A DNA stretch of 63,169 nt, counting the filler, from Sphacelaria rigidula (Eukaryota), in assembly GCA_964200075.2 (NCBI GenBank). It is 8 parts of 8 records of this genome, joined end to end, with 100 filler letters (N's around TTAATTAATTAA, not from the genome) between each part and the next. Parts side by side here need not be neighbours in the genome. Positions count along the whole stretch, not along the records: positions 23,730 to 31,538 come from CAXNAA020013386.1; positions 31,639 to 39,446 come from CAXNAA020013387.1; 6 more parts are not named here. One strand, 5' to 3'. Every line of letters starts with the position of its first letter. Within the stretch, counting starts at the first letter, position 1. Of the stretch, positions 25,059 through 37,617 are shown in pieces. The notes under the pieces were generated by a model. It was not told where the DNA came from. It searched no databases and worked only from the letters and a program-made list of their open reading frames with translations. Position numbers and translations under genes: made by a program.

Positions 25059-26469
25059 GGGGGTACTCATTTGTTGCTTGCCTTAGTCGTGGAACCATTG
25101 ACCACGCATCCCTTTCGAGACGGAGCACTCAAAGGGGGGAATTGCAGCGATGGGCTTTCAATATGGGGGTAACGGTAAGCGACATGTTCGTGGGTGCAGT
25201 ACGCTGAATCGAGGAGAAGGAGTGTTAGTAACATCTTTATATCGTTTTACAGCCCTTCGTGTTCCTGTAGATGATGACGGGTAATGCGAGTAGTGGCGCG
25301 GCACGCTGCACACTTGACCCTTCATTTCTTCATGACAAACTGCAGCACACAGAGAGCCCGGACTATTGTGAAGGCGATAGGGACGTATCAAATGCGTCAG
25401 GAGCAAAGTACATGCCACGTTTCGAAGAAAGTTGAGGAGGCGTGGGACGAGGGGAGACCGAGTCTCTGACGGCTTCGGTGTTTACCACCCCCCACACACG
25501 GACTAGCCACATGATGTCGCGAGAAACTTCATAATACGTCGCTTCCTACGTCCCCGCCGCAACAAACGTGACCTCAGGATCATGTGCGAGGCCCAAGAGA
25601 CGGCTTCGATTCACTAGCAAGAGCCATGTGTGGCGAAACCGCGATGTCCAATGTGATTCTTCTGGTCGTCAGTCCGACCGCATCATGTACACATAAACAC
25701 TGTGCAGACATCTCTAGGGATAAGGAGCCAACTGAGAGATAGCCGAACATGTGCTGTGTAACCAAGACACATGGCTTCCAATGACTTGCGGAGCTGTTGT
25801 TATATATCCTTGCCGTGAGTTGATATTCAGAGGAAACATCCATGCGTCGGACAGTTCATGAGCTATTGTACGAGTACCTAAAATAATTATTTGAAGAGGA
25901 CTCTCGATTGCCCAAGCACACAAAATACGTGATAGTGGGCCCGAGAAGCCAAATCGCCACCTTCGCTCTACCCCCCGTGCTCGGCGCCCAGGGTTTATAG
26001 GGAGCGAATACGGAAGAGGAGGCCAAATGAGCTAGCTCATGATCCGGATCAGTACACTCACGGCAAGTAATATTTTGGTAGCGCATCAGCCGTCCGACGC
26101 GTGGAAACGTCGAAAGCACGACAAGCAGGTACCGCACTTCTTCTAGCTCGTGACTACAATGTTAGCCTCAAATGATGGCTGCTACCGGGTGCTATGCTCA
26201 CGTGAAAACGCGCTGTGCGGGGTCTCGTACCAGCATGAGTCATCTGCCATCGCGTCTCGTCAGGGCAGAACGGAGCAGGGCTCGCAGGCTTGTACAGATA
26301 TCGATATCTGATGTTGGTGGTGCTTTTCGAGACTCATCGATCGCCAATTTGTGCGCTGTGGTCAGTGGAGTCGCCTCGGGGTTCCTCGAGGACTCACCTC
26401 CAGGAACCCTCTCCATGCACGTGTACTCCTCTGTTGGCTGTTTCATGTTTGATCAAGTTTGTTGACTTC

Positions 26470-26726
26470 GCCGTATCTCGCTTTCTCAGGAGGTGGTGCC
26501 TAAAGCGACCTTATCGACAGCGAAACACTGTCACGCTATTAGTTGGCGAAGTGGGTGGAGTACAGGACATGTACCAGGCCTCTAGAGTTTCCTGCGCACA
26601 TGTTAAATGGAATGCGCATGCACTTGTTGGGCGACACGTTTTCAAGGCAAAAATGTTAGTGCACAAGGTGCAGGATGTCCAGAGACTGTACCCGCCTCAT
26701 TCCTCGCACGTGATGCATTTTGTGTT
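26470..26726 (-). pseudogene. Disrupted PHD-like zinc-finger remnant
   Basis: My translation is KCITCEE*GGYSLWTSCTLC..KTCRPTSACAFHLTCAQ..FRCR*. FHxxCA is typical of (e)PHD fingers; two in-frame stops. Confidence 0.35.
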
Positions 26727-27289
26727 TGAAATTAATTCGGCTCGCCTACTACAGTACGGAAATACATGAATACGCAGAATGAGAGATTCAAGATAGGAGC
26801 ACGATGAAGGAGCAGAGCGACCGGATCAGCGGTCCAAGGATCGGGGACGAGTCGTCTCGATATGCACGCTATCATCGGAGTAGTTGCGCAGCCGGATAAA
26901 AATGGAGAGCAAGTTGCTGAAGGGGCAAAGAGTAGCCGTTGGGGTCAGCACAGCACAATCGGCATACTGTACGACCAGAAATGAATCTGTCACCCTCCCG
27001 GGACGAAAAGGCAAGACTAGACGGCCCGCCGTTCAGACGGTCCTGTGCGGAAAAAAACACCAACCAATAAATATCCCGTGGGCCGCGTCGATTTTGGAAT
27101 CTTTATTGCAAAAATATTTTCTGATGAAGCCACCCAGGCTTGCAGTGGCACGCATCGACTCGTGATGACTACCCAGCTACCTGGTGGTCGAAGGTTCAAT
27201 AAGGAGTGGCGCGGGGCGTTTTATGTAGAGCCCGTGAAACTCACCACTTGGTAGGAATCGAACTTTCCGACTTGATTTTAGTGTAAAAA

Positions 27290-27510
27290 GCGAAATCCGG
27301 ATTTAAATGGGGGCTGTGCTCCGTAGCGTGCGCTGAAAGCGTTTTTGTCCAAATCGGCGCCGATGAGGTCTGGCGAAGCCTGGGTAAAGCACACTTTGCC
27401 AAGGAAAAAATTTGCACCCCTCTTTGACCAAGGGTTCTCGGATTGCCTTCGTTGCGGTGAGGGTTTGGGTTTGGGTTTGAGCTGTTCGAAATCATGGATA
27501 TCTGAATATT
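27290..27510 (-). repeat. Dispersed repeat carrying a degenerate (CCCTAA/CCCAAA) patch
   Basis: Shares CCGAGAACCCT, GGCAAAGTGTGC, GCCAGACCTCA, GACAAAAACGCT and ATCCGGATTTCG with 56300-56550 and 57500-57680. Confidence 0.8.
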
Positions 27511-27889
27511 TTCCACGCCTAGCAGGTGGTAAACTAAACTTGTTAAGGCCCATCTTCGCGGTCTGCTCAAAGCAGCGAAGAGCAAGACAAGCGTCCAAAA
27601 TCCGCATGGCAGCACAGCAGCGTGTTCGTTCCTCGTCGCATTACGCGGCGGCATGCTGACAAATCAACACGCTGCTTTTGGGCGTTACCTTTGCTCTTCG
27701 CTATTTTTTCAGCCCGATGAGAGACATGGCCTGATCAGAATTACAACGCGAATGAGACTGTCGCTGGGGGCGGGGGGGAAAGTCTTCGGCAGCTACTGCT
27801 CCTACAGTACCCTCGAAGAACCCCCGATTTCCCGCCGAATATCGTGGTGCTTTCCCTTGGGGAATCGGAGTTTATCGGAAAGCCACTGG

Positions 27890-29560
27890 CAGACGCAGCC
27901 GAAGGGTTCTTACGTGGGACTTGAAGTAGTAGTTTGAGTGAATTTGATGCCGATTCAACACTTGACAATCCCTGCACGGTAACACGGTAACCGAGGGTAG
28001 GTGTCGTTGAACTTTGGACCTCAAAGTGTACCTTGCCTCATTCTTGATGCCGATTAAACAGATGAAAAATGCTGGCGGTCATTCTGGCCGCAAGGGTGGG
28101 TTACGTGGATCTTGCAGTCATTTTTCAAGTGATCATGATGCCGATTCAAAAGGTCAGTTGGGTACCGTTTTCGGGTGAAAAAAAATGGAAGGCTTTCATC
28201 GGTGGAATCGACAACATATTTGTCAAGTCAAGATGGCCCCATCCTGCGCTCGAAAGGTGCGGAAGGGTGCGCCATTTGACCGCTGCGTTTCAGGACATCT
28301 GTCGTTGAATCAGCACCATTTTCGGTTGACAACCCCTTGACCAAGAGCTTTGTGTCAGTGATCTGGGCCTGGTGTGATCATGTTTCAAGTGAGAGTCACG
28401 CCGATTCAACAGGCGACGCAGACGACCCATGATGGGGGTCTAGGTACTATCTGTTGATACTTGGACCCTTGAGGCTACCAGGGTGGGTCGTCTGGTTCAT
28501 ATGGTCATTTTCCAAGTGAAAATGATGCCGATTCAACAGATGATCTGCCCTCGCACTGAGGATTATCCTTTTCACCCTTAGACCGCGGTATGGGAAGTCC
28601 ATCTGGACCACGCATAATTTATTCGAGTGAAATTGACACCGATTCAGCAGGTGACCTACCCTCGCGGCCAAAGGGTTACCTACTCTCGCGGTCTAAGGGT
28701 CACCCTTTGACCATGAGTGTAGGTCATCTGCTGAATCGGAATCAATATTTTCACTTGAAAAAAGTATGGTTGATCTAGATCGACAACCTGCATCACAGTA
28801 AGGGTTAACTGGGAACGGTGTACAAGTAGGATACGAGGTATTCATCGCAAGCGCGATCGTTTCCAACATTCGATGCACAAAGTTCTCCGTCATCAAACGT
28901 GAATTGGACTACTTCGCCGTCAGAGGGTTGACCTAAACCTCTGAGCGCCAGGGTGGGCGGGCGACATGTTCAATCCGCATTTTTTCTACGTGAGGAATAA
29001 CCGTGAATGTCAAGCGTCTGAGACTGTTGATGAGAAAAATATCGTGTACTTGTATTCCGCGATGAAGAAGCTAACGCTCAACGTGCCAACCTCTCTCCGC
29101 GAAGAGTTTGAGATAAAGTGTTCTTTTATGTAGGAGCAGGTGAGCAGGTGTACAAAACATTGGATACTGTATACAGTGATGTTCACCGGTATGGATGGAC
29201 GCGAATCGACCGGTTGCCTTAACCGTTAGACCGCGAGATTAGTCTTGCTGGATCATGCATACGTTGTTTCACTTGAAAATGATGCTGATTCAACAGGAGA
29301 CTAACCTCGCGGTCTAAGGGTTAAGGCGGACGATTTTAAACCCGTTGGCCGCCAAGTTGGGTCATCTGGGTCTTGTATACAAGTAGTACACTTTCCAAGT
29401 CAAATTCGTGCCAATTCAACAACCCACTCTTGCGGTCAACAGAGGTAGGATTACTCCCCTAAACTCCAGGGTAGGTCATTTGTTTGATTGGTAACATTTT
29501 CACTTGAAAAGTGGATGCAAGAGCCGGATGAACCATGCTTGCGGTCGGGGAGCTAGCCCG
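27890..29560. mobile_element. Cluster of roughly a dozen variably decayed piggyBac-type MITE copies in both orientations
   Basis: Core GATGCCGATTCA(A/G)CAG or its complement at ~27946, 28046, 28137, 28303, 28398, 28524, 28635, 28728, 28968, 29281, 29408 and 29480, with CCCTT/AAGGG ends. Confidence 0.8.
29223..29320 (+). mobile_element. Intact 98-bp piggyBac-type MITE with TTAA on both sides
   Basis: TTAA|CCGTTAGACCGCGAG...CTCGCGGTCTAAGGG|TTAA. Confidence 0.85.
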
Positions 29561-30635
29561 CAAGGTGCCTATGCGCCGGCGAGCCACTGGTCTAGTTTTC
29601 CGCCGGGGATATCCTCGTGGTTCGACATGGTAATTTTCGGTTCAGAGACACCGGCTGCTATAAATTAAAAAAAAAAGTTGCTGGGCATGTGCCCTGCCTC
29701 AGAAAATCACGCGCACAACCACGGCCTGTAGCGTTGCTGTCTCATGATCAACAGTACGTACATGTGGCCGACACGCACAGCTGTGATCAGTTGCGTGCGC
29801 ACTTGAAGCGGGTGTACCTGCTATAGGCGGTGGGTTCTGGGGTGGCGTCTTGATACTGTGGCTGAGGATTTGCGGGATGTTTAATCTCACCTCACCCCAT
29901 CCACTCAAGAAAGTCAACCAGATGACACAACAGTAACGCGTGCAACCGCAACGGTGAGCTCGTCCACGTCACGAGAACCTGGTTCCCAGACGGAATCTCG
30001 TGACGTTGGGGATAGAGGAAGTAAGGGCGACCTCCGTCGGGTTCCACGTCATGAAAATGTAGGGAAGAACATGTCGATCCAACAGATGATCCACACTGGA
30101 CCTTTCTTACCGTCAAGGTAGGCCATCTGGGCTTGGCATACATGTTCCAAGTCAACATGATGCCGGTTCGGTCGGTAAAGAACGCGCCCCAGCGGTCGAG
30201 GTCGACGGGTTTGACCGTTTTGCGTTTTGAGCTCGAAGAGGTCCGTTCGATTTGATGATTTCCACCCACCACTTTTTGATGCGGATTGTTGCGTACCATT
30301 TCTCCCACAGTAAAGTTCCTACACTGTTGTTCGTCGTGGTTGACGAGTATCATGGGGTTGAGCCCTTTGGTCGCCAGGGGAGTTCAATTGTCTAGTTCGC
30401 ACCATGGCCACTAATATCAAGAGCGTCCAACTCAGGTGATCATCTTCCTCGAGCCCCCCTCCCACCACAACTTTAACGCTGACAGTCCCGTGGACAATTT
30501 TCCAATAGCGGGGTAATTATTTGGGGTACGGCCTATAGTTGAATGATAAATTAAAGTGTGGTACAATATACTCTCATCGGCAGCAGCCTCTCGAACACCA
30601 GGTTCTTCATCAGGTTCTTGATATATACGACCGTA

Positions 30636-31250
30636 AATGTATCTCAAACTCGAGATTCCCGGTGTATTCAGAGTAATTCATAGTCATATATATCGAGAAC
30701 CTATCAAACTTGAGGTTCCCGATATCTGACTGTAAATTACTCTGGAGTATACGGGGAACCTTAAGTTTGAGGTACCTCCAGTAGGACCTATTATTGTCGA
30801 CATTGTTTTTCGTATCTCCGATTTTTCCAAATCTTTCAGACTCCCCGTTCAGATTTCTTCGAAAATGAAGTGGCTTGATTTTTGTTCAAAGCTTCGTTTT
30901 TGACGAAATCCGAAAAGTTCGGACGCCAACGCAGCACTTCGGAGAGTTTCCCCGTGTGTACGCCGTGGCGCTCGCGATAATTCGATATTCATGAGGTACC
31001 TTACCAGTGACAGTGACGCCTGGCGTCCTCGGGCCGGTGAAGGCAAGCCAACGACGAAATCAGAGGTGTACTGTACCGTGTCCGTGATGAGATTTCCACC
31101 AGCAACTGCAGAACTCTATAAGATTGAGCTTCAAGGAGCTCTCCGAAACTGAAGGACTTCTTCGGGAAGAAATATTTTAGATAGTCGAGACTCCCGGTTC
31201 AAACTAACTTACAGCTACATATATCAGGAACCTCGAGCTTGAGGTACCTC
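30636..31250. repeat. Repeat with palindromic GAGGTACCTC / AAACTCGAGGTTCC motifs
   Basis: Inverted motifs at ~30640 and ~30755-30779; the motif recurs at ~31185-31250. Confidence 0.5.
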
Positions 31251-31265
31251 TAATAATGGGCCCAA

Positions 31266-31538
31266 TGTGTGTGTGTCGTCTTCCTGTTCATCCCGGGCGC
31301 CAGTCTACCCCTTTCGGGATATGTGGGCATCAGCCGGGGTCACACAAGAGGAAGGTCAACACAGGGGCTTTTTCTTTTTATTTGTTTTTCGTACCCCACC
31401 TTCCTTCTGCGGTGCTTGCCTATTTTTTTTTATCGCGAGAGGGGTTCAGCAGTCCCATTCCCTCGTCGACTGTGAAGTCGAATTTTGTGTACCCACGACA
31501 TATTCGCTCTCCACTATTGGGCATAAAAAAAGAAAAAA
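31266..31538 (-). mobile_element. 3' body of tRNA-derived SINE, cut by contig end
   Basis: Aligns by eye to 61782-62050 (CAGCCGGGGTCACACA, CCACCTTCCTTCTGCGG, TTTTGTGTACCCACGACAT). Confidence 0.85.
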
Positions 31539-31638
31539 NNNNNNNNNNNNNNNNNNNNNNNNNNNNNNNNNNNNNNNNNNNNTTAATTAATTAANNNNNN
31601 NNNNNNNNNNNNNNNNNNNNNNNNNNNNNNNNNNNNNN
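31539..31638. other. Artificial contig linker
   Basis: N44-TTAATTAATTAA-N44. Confidence 0.99.
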
Positions 31639-32680
31639 AGCACGAAACCAGCTTTAACGGCATTTATGATCATCGACTCCGTGCACGTTTTTGGCCGGTT
31701 TGGGGGGGGGCTATCTCGGCAGCAGTCAAACACAGACTTCATGGCGAAATTTGTTGCGAAAATCAGGGGATATGCGCTTTTTAACCCCGCATTAATTGTT
31801 TTTTTCTGCAAAATGGACCACCGCAATATCATGGATACTTGTACCAAAGGAGAAGGTCTAAACGTCTTAGGTCGCGAGAAATAAACTGTTGTGTAAAGTG
31901 TACCTTAATTGGAACAGAGGGTATTTTGGCTGCATATTTTACGTCAATAAAGCCACACTCCATTGCTGCTCCTACAACTTGGTTTGAATACTTTTCAATT
32001 TATTAAAAAGGTTCGGGTGATAAAAGATCAAATTGTCTCTCTCCGGGTACTCTGGGCATTGTTCTACGTGCCGTGGATCCCACGAACCAGAGTTTTTCCA
32101 GTCAGATGCGTCAAGCGTACCTTATTTGGAATATTTACCTCTACCCGAATAGGCTACAAGAAAAACTAGCTGACCCGCACCAGTAGACAAGGCTTGGTGG
32201 CGGTGATGCCGGACTGTATAACATTAACCGCCTCCACGAAAAAACAAAAGACGTGCCCTGTAGATGGCACTGTACATGGGAGCAACGCGTCTGCCGCTCA
32301 AAGGCTGCGTTAGGCGTGATACATATAACATATAGAAGTAAGCGGCAGAAATGAACTGTGATTTTCGGGTGGCACATACAACTTGATGTGAGAACTGCGG
32401 GAGGGAACCATTTCGGCATGTCTTACTCATCATGTGTTGTGGTGGATGGGGTAGCTCTAATCGCGAAGGGCATACACGAAATACCACAGAAAGGTGCGCT
32501 GTGTATTGCTTTGGGGTTAGTCGTTCGTCGATCCACCACCGCATGACACAAAACAGTGGTGCACAGAGACACACCTGGCACGTGCTTGTAGAGCGGAAAC
32601 GTGTCACCCAAATACGTGCAGACATGGGTAGTAGCAATCAACAGTGCGTAGTTACTCCACATGTGTTCATAATATATATA

Positions 32681-33025
32681 CTTTCTCTGTTACATAAGTA
32701 AAGGGACCTGAATTTGTACGGGCCCTTAAGGATGTCCACCTTTTGTTTTTTGAGCACTCTATGGTGTTTTTTGGGTTAAAAAAAGGTGTTTAAGATTTGC
32801 AGTTTGTGCTTGAACCATGCCGCCGAACGGCTGCAAAGAAAGTAGTCGGCCCAAAAATGGCCATTTTTTGCCCCTTTCAGAGGGGAAGGAAAGTGTCGCA
32901 AACCTTCTTTTTATTAACTTTTTAATTCGCCCCCGCCTTTACTGGGGCTTGCTGCCAGGAAGTCCCACGCGATGAAAAAAATAAGCGTACAAATTTAGGT
33001 ACCTTTACCTATGGAAGAGAGGAAG
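32681..33025. mobile_element. Stowaway/mariner-type MITE (345 bp) in TA dinucleotides
   Basis: TA|CTTTCTCTGTTACATAAGTAAAGGGACCTGAATTTGTACG ... CGTACAAATTTAGGTACCTTTACCTATGGAAGAGAGGAAG|TA. Related ends at 50561 and 55201. Confidence 0.75.
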
Positions 33026-34312
33026 TATATATATATATGAAGGGAGCAAGGGATTGCTGTTGTATGAAACCGGAAACAAGAAACATGACACCAAACTAGG
33101 CAGCTACAAGAGAGGGGGAGCACGCGGTAGTTCGCCGCGGCTGTTAGGTGCCGTGTACGGGCGATACCTCTGCGTGATGGTCGGAGGATGCGTTCCTCCA
33201 ATCAAAAACCATCGACGGCGAGGTGCTATGTTGTGGTGTTGAGACATTACAGAAAGGGAAACACGCAATATTGTACTGAAAGCATCCGTGCTGCAGATTC
33301 TTCCGCCGTGCCGGGAGTATAACACGAAGCACTTTTCTGTGCTATACCGAGGGGACATCAAAGCATTCACAGACTAGTGGGTAGCGAAGGGGGTGTGACC
33401 GGTACTATAGTAGTATAGGAAAGAAACGTCGAGGGTATTGTAGATTGCACATGGTGAACAAGGTTGCGCAATGGTGTACGGTGGTTCACCACGGTTGGCG
33501 AATGCTGTGAAAAAATATACCTCGACGCTGCCCGCTCGGGGTTTCCTTGTCCGGACGCAACAATATTGTCAGAGTGCTCTGAATTCATAAAAAGAACGGA
33601 GCGAGCAAGACCCCGGACCAACTGTACACGTGCTATACAGCAGGGGAATGATCGCAGCCTGCACAGGACCCACCAAGCCAGGACACACTATTTGGCAAGA
33701 CGAGAACCGCGGTACACGCTAATACCGCAATCGTTGCTTGTGCAGGCGTGGCAGCCAAAGGCGAACGCGTGCAGACAGAGAGCAACGACGTCAGAAAAAC
33801 AAAACGAAATCCGTGCAGTGGTGGTGAACACACAGAGAGGGGAACACAAATATTCCGAGTACCCCCAACCGTGACTGACTGTAATGTACGCACAAAAGAG
33901 AAACGTATCGGAGCACAGGTAGCAGTGCGGTGGGGTGGCGCACAGCTAGAGCTTCTTCAAATCGCGCCAAAGTTGAGCTCGGGTGTTTGCGGCAGTACAC
34001 TCATTGTGAAACTCGCACCGCTCATTTGTGACGGTGCAACAGACGCGTACTTCCTCCGAATTATGTAGAGAGAAAAATGAACGGAAACAACACAACAATT
34101 AATTCGCGGTATGAAGCGACCATTATATGAAGTATACTACTCCAAGGAACAGAAACCTACACCAGCGCAAGGAAGCGGACACAACTTAAGCGTACTTGTG
34201 CACCAACCAAAGCCCCATAATGCGACAGTATTGCGTGTAGAGATATAGTTTTGACCTCAGATGAGGCTCGCAAGCACCTCAAAAAGAAGTCCTGATCATA
34301 CACGAAAGCAGC

Positions 34313-34770
34313 GGCTTGAAACAGCCGATCATCGAGAATGAGGATGAAGCTTTTCATTGAGGATGAGAACCCGGAGGATTATGAAAATCTTTTTATCCAC
34401 ACCAAGTCATCGAAATATGATTCCATTCCTTCACCTACTGGTGTCTATTGACAAGTACTACACGTCATACGAGTTTGGATTTCGATAACCGAAATGTTGG
34501 GGTCCTAGGTGGAATCACATTTTGGGGGAATTTCGGCGATCCGATCTGATCACCTGAATTCCTCAAAACTGTTTCTTCATCTAGAACCCCAACATTTCGG
34601 TTATCGAAATCCCAATTTGTAGGAGTGTAGCAGTTGTCAAGCTACCAGGAGGTGAAGGAGCGGAACCATATTTCGAAGATTTGGTGTGGATACGACGAGT
34701 TTAATCTTCCGGGTTCTCATCCTCAATGAAATGCTCCATCCTCAATTTCGATGATCGGCTGTTTTGAGCC
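34313..34770. repeat. 458-bp imperfect foldback (arms ~225 bp, centre ~34545)
   Basis: Blocks such as AAACAGCCGATCATCGA, TTTCATTGAGGATGAGAACCCGG and GATTTCGATAACCGAAATGTTGGGG each recur as reverse complement in mirror order. Confidence 0.9.
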
Positions 34771-35379
34771 ATGTTGTGCTTTCTTCAAAACTGGCCTCAC
34801 AGTGCATGCATGCAGAGCCAAGTTGACCTCAGGCGGTGGAAGAAACCAATAATTTTATTGTACAGTACAAATGAGTTAGCCCTTTCCCACATGAGGAGGT
34901 TCATCAGTAGGGACTCAGTTTGCCCATAGGAGCAAGAGAATGTTGTTCAAAGGTCGTTGCTGAGGTCCGAAACGAGAGTGAGGGAGGGTGCTAGTCTCAA
35001 CCCGTCTCAGAAAGACTCATATCTTACACATCTGTCATCTACCACACCTAGAACCAGAAATGATACCGAAACATGCCTGGTAATATGCCCAAAACAAAGA
35101 ACACCATGAAAGTCCGTTGTGGCTCATGGCCGGTAGATTCGCCTCTTATGATCTACGGAGTACCGGTTGATGCTCTGCAGGACGATGAAAACTAAATATA
35201 CGAATCTCAAGTGAAACTCGTGCACGGTACACAGACGGAATCAAACATGAGTTGCATCCTAAATCCGTGACTATCCGAACATATTTCACGTTCATATCCG
35301 TCCGACAGAACTACTAGTTATCCTCGAGAACCTTTCCTCCAGATACCATCACAGATATGGACCCCTATCTGGTGTATCA

Positions 35380-35637
35380 GAGTAATGCTGCGATAGGGTC
35401 AGCATTTTTGTGGCCAAAACCGATCTGATTCAGGGGTTCCTCGAATTAGGAACTACACAAGAATATGGGTGAGGATATCCCCGTTTGCAAATTCATTAGG
35501 GATATCCCTAGCAAATTGGAAGAAAAACCCTGGCGTACTCTCACCTATTTCGAAAATCGTGTTTTGGATTAGATAAAGGGTTCCTAACAATTCTTATCTC
35601 AGGCCGAAAAAGCGCTGACCCTATCGCGGCATCACTC
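35380..35637 (+). mobile_element. 258-bp non-autonomous TIR element, Sola2-like
   Basis: TIR GAGTAATGCTGCGATAGGGTCAGC / GCTGACCCTATCGCGGCATCACTC, 4-bp TSD ATCA. Confidence 0.85.
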
Positions 35638-35639
35638 AT

Positions 35640-36330
35640 CAGATCCATCTGAGATACCTAGCATATGAAGGATAACTCCTTGGGATGTCCATCTGGGACA
35701 TGAGCATCCACCTGGGATGTCAACATCCTAGATGGATCTCTTAGATCCCAGATGGAATATTTACATTTATCTGGGATACAAACATTTCAGATGGACCTCT
35801 TAGATGAACATCCACGGTGAACACACCAGATGGACATCCCAGATGGGATATGAGCGTCCATCCGGGATGTAAACATATGGATCTCTTAGACGAGCATCCC
35901 CAGTGAACACACTAGATGGACATCCCAGATGGAATATGGGCATCCATCTGAGATATGAACGTCCCAGCTGGGCCTCTTAGATGAACATCTCCGGTGAACA
36001 CACCTGATAGACATCCCAGATAAATCTAATATCCCGGATGAACGCTCCGGATGGATGTTGGTATCCCTAATGGACGTCCCATATGAATACGACATCCCAT
36101 ATGCACATCCTAGATGAGAACGATATCCTAGGTGGAGGTTGCACGATAAGGAAGGGTGCCTGCTTGAAGGGACATATGATATAATGTTGAAGCCACTGCG
36201 GACGCGAGGGGAGTCCTAGATGGACGTCTCGGAGGGGCGTTGATATTCCTAATGGGCGTCCCAGATAAGTACATCCAAAATGCATTGCCCAGATGAACAC
36301 GATATTTCGGATGGAGGTTGCACATTCAAA
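35640..36330. repeat. Degenerate minisatellite built of GATGGACATCCCA-like motifs
   Basis: Many CATCC/GGATG and CCCAGATGG units in both orientations, with a higher-order duplication (~35790-35900 vs ~35970-36070). Confidence 0.75.
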
Positions 36331-37039
36331 GCTCCCTACATGCACGCACAGGCAAGATGATGTTCAAGCTGCTGCGGACGCGAAAGTCCTAAATGCGTTG
36401 TCGTGAGGGATCATGGTTTTTTGCGGGTGGTTGATAAGATTGACGGAGGTTATTGATCGATCGGATTGACTACGTCAGTCGTCCACCTCACAACAGTTGT
36501 CAGCTGAGCAGATTATACGTGTATCACGCACAGACATACAACGTTTCACAGTTCATAGGTAGTTGAACGTTCGGTTGTCGAGGCCGACGGACTCACTGTG
36601 GGTTCGATTTGCTCGTCTCGCGCACTGAACAGACAAAAACTATACAAGCACAGCCACATGAGACAAATATAGACACATAGTCTGCGGCACACAGTCAAAG
36701 GGCCGCCAATCAAAACCTCAACGTCAATTTAACACGACGTCTGTGATTCGATTCATTCCGCATGTTATTACAAACAAACGACACATACCTCTAGCAAGCA
36801 CAAACACAGGGCCCATGAACAAATTTCGCAGTACACAGTCAGGTGGTCGATCGCCAAATGATACCAATTGCTGTATCTATTCCCCGCGCACGCTCCTTCC
36901 CGACAGTTCTTTCGTTCTGCCTGTTTTCCCCTCTAATGCAATATATATGTTCCGGGATATTCGCACCCAATATTCACGAAGCCCTCAAGTGACATCTATT
37001 ATATATTTTTCCTCCCCGTTGCCTCGGCAGAACTGAACC

Positions 37040-37286
37040 CTATGGTTAACATTTTCTACGATACCCTCCCCTCCCCCCTCCAAAAAAAACAGCCCAAAAG
37101 TGTCACGAAAAAAAGGATATACAGCGCCTGATGTTTGGGTTCGGGCTGCATGACGCGCCTCGTTTGGGTAGGAATTCCCAGCTGCTCGTTGTGCCTGGCT
37201 TTTCCATTTCGGCTCACGTGAAGATTTTGCCTCCCCAAACCAGGCACTTTCGGGGGGGGGGGGGCTATCGTAGAAACTGTCGGCTC
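37040..37286. mobile_element. MITE with poly-C/poly-G subtermini
   Basis: Inverted TTTCTACGATA-polyC / polyG-CTATCGTAGAAA. Body homologous to 15900-16100; related end at ~38270. Confidence 0.65.
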
Positions 37287-37386
37287 TTCATAGCAGCAAA
37301 GACCCGTACAGCGATCTACACATCTGCGTCATCCGATCTACGTGGAGACTTCTGTACCATACTTGAGCGTCACACCGCACTAGAAG

Positions 37387-37617
37387 CTACGGACGCACTG
37401 TGGGCGCGTCCGCGACGTACTCCTCGTAATTGTTAGCGTACGTTCCATTTGGCGGCCACGAATCGCGTGTGACCGTCACTTCTAGGTAACCCCGATTGTT
37501 CGCGTACAGCCCATCGGCATCGTTTGCGAAGCACACCAGTTCCCCCGTGTCCTCAGCCACGAAGGTCAGGTTGCGCCCCACAGGAAACAGGGTTTTGCGC
37601 ACATCCCCCTCGCTTAT
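37387..37617 (-). CDS. Terminal exon encoding the C-terminal half of a LecA/PA-IL-like lectin domain
   Basis: CAG acceptor in phase 0, stop TAG. TLFPVGRNLTFVAEDTGELVCFANDADGLYANNRGYLEVTVTR aligns with P. aeruginosa LecA [45 protein letters not shown] (recalled sequence). Confidence 0.75.
   Translation of the reverse strand: MSEGDVRKTLFPVGRNLTFVAEDTGELVCFANDADGLYANNRGYLEVTVTRDSWPPNGTYANNYEEYVADAPTVRP

Noticed and set aside
27890-29560. CRISPR-like or integron attC-like array
   Set aside because: Units are mixed in orientation, homologous along their length and TTAA/TIR-bounded, so they are MITEs.
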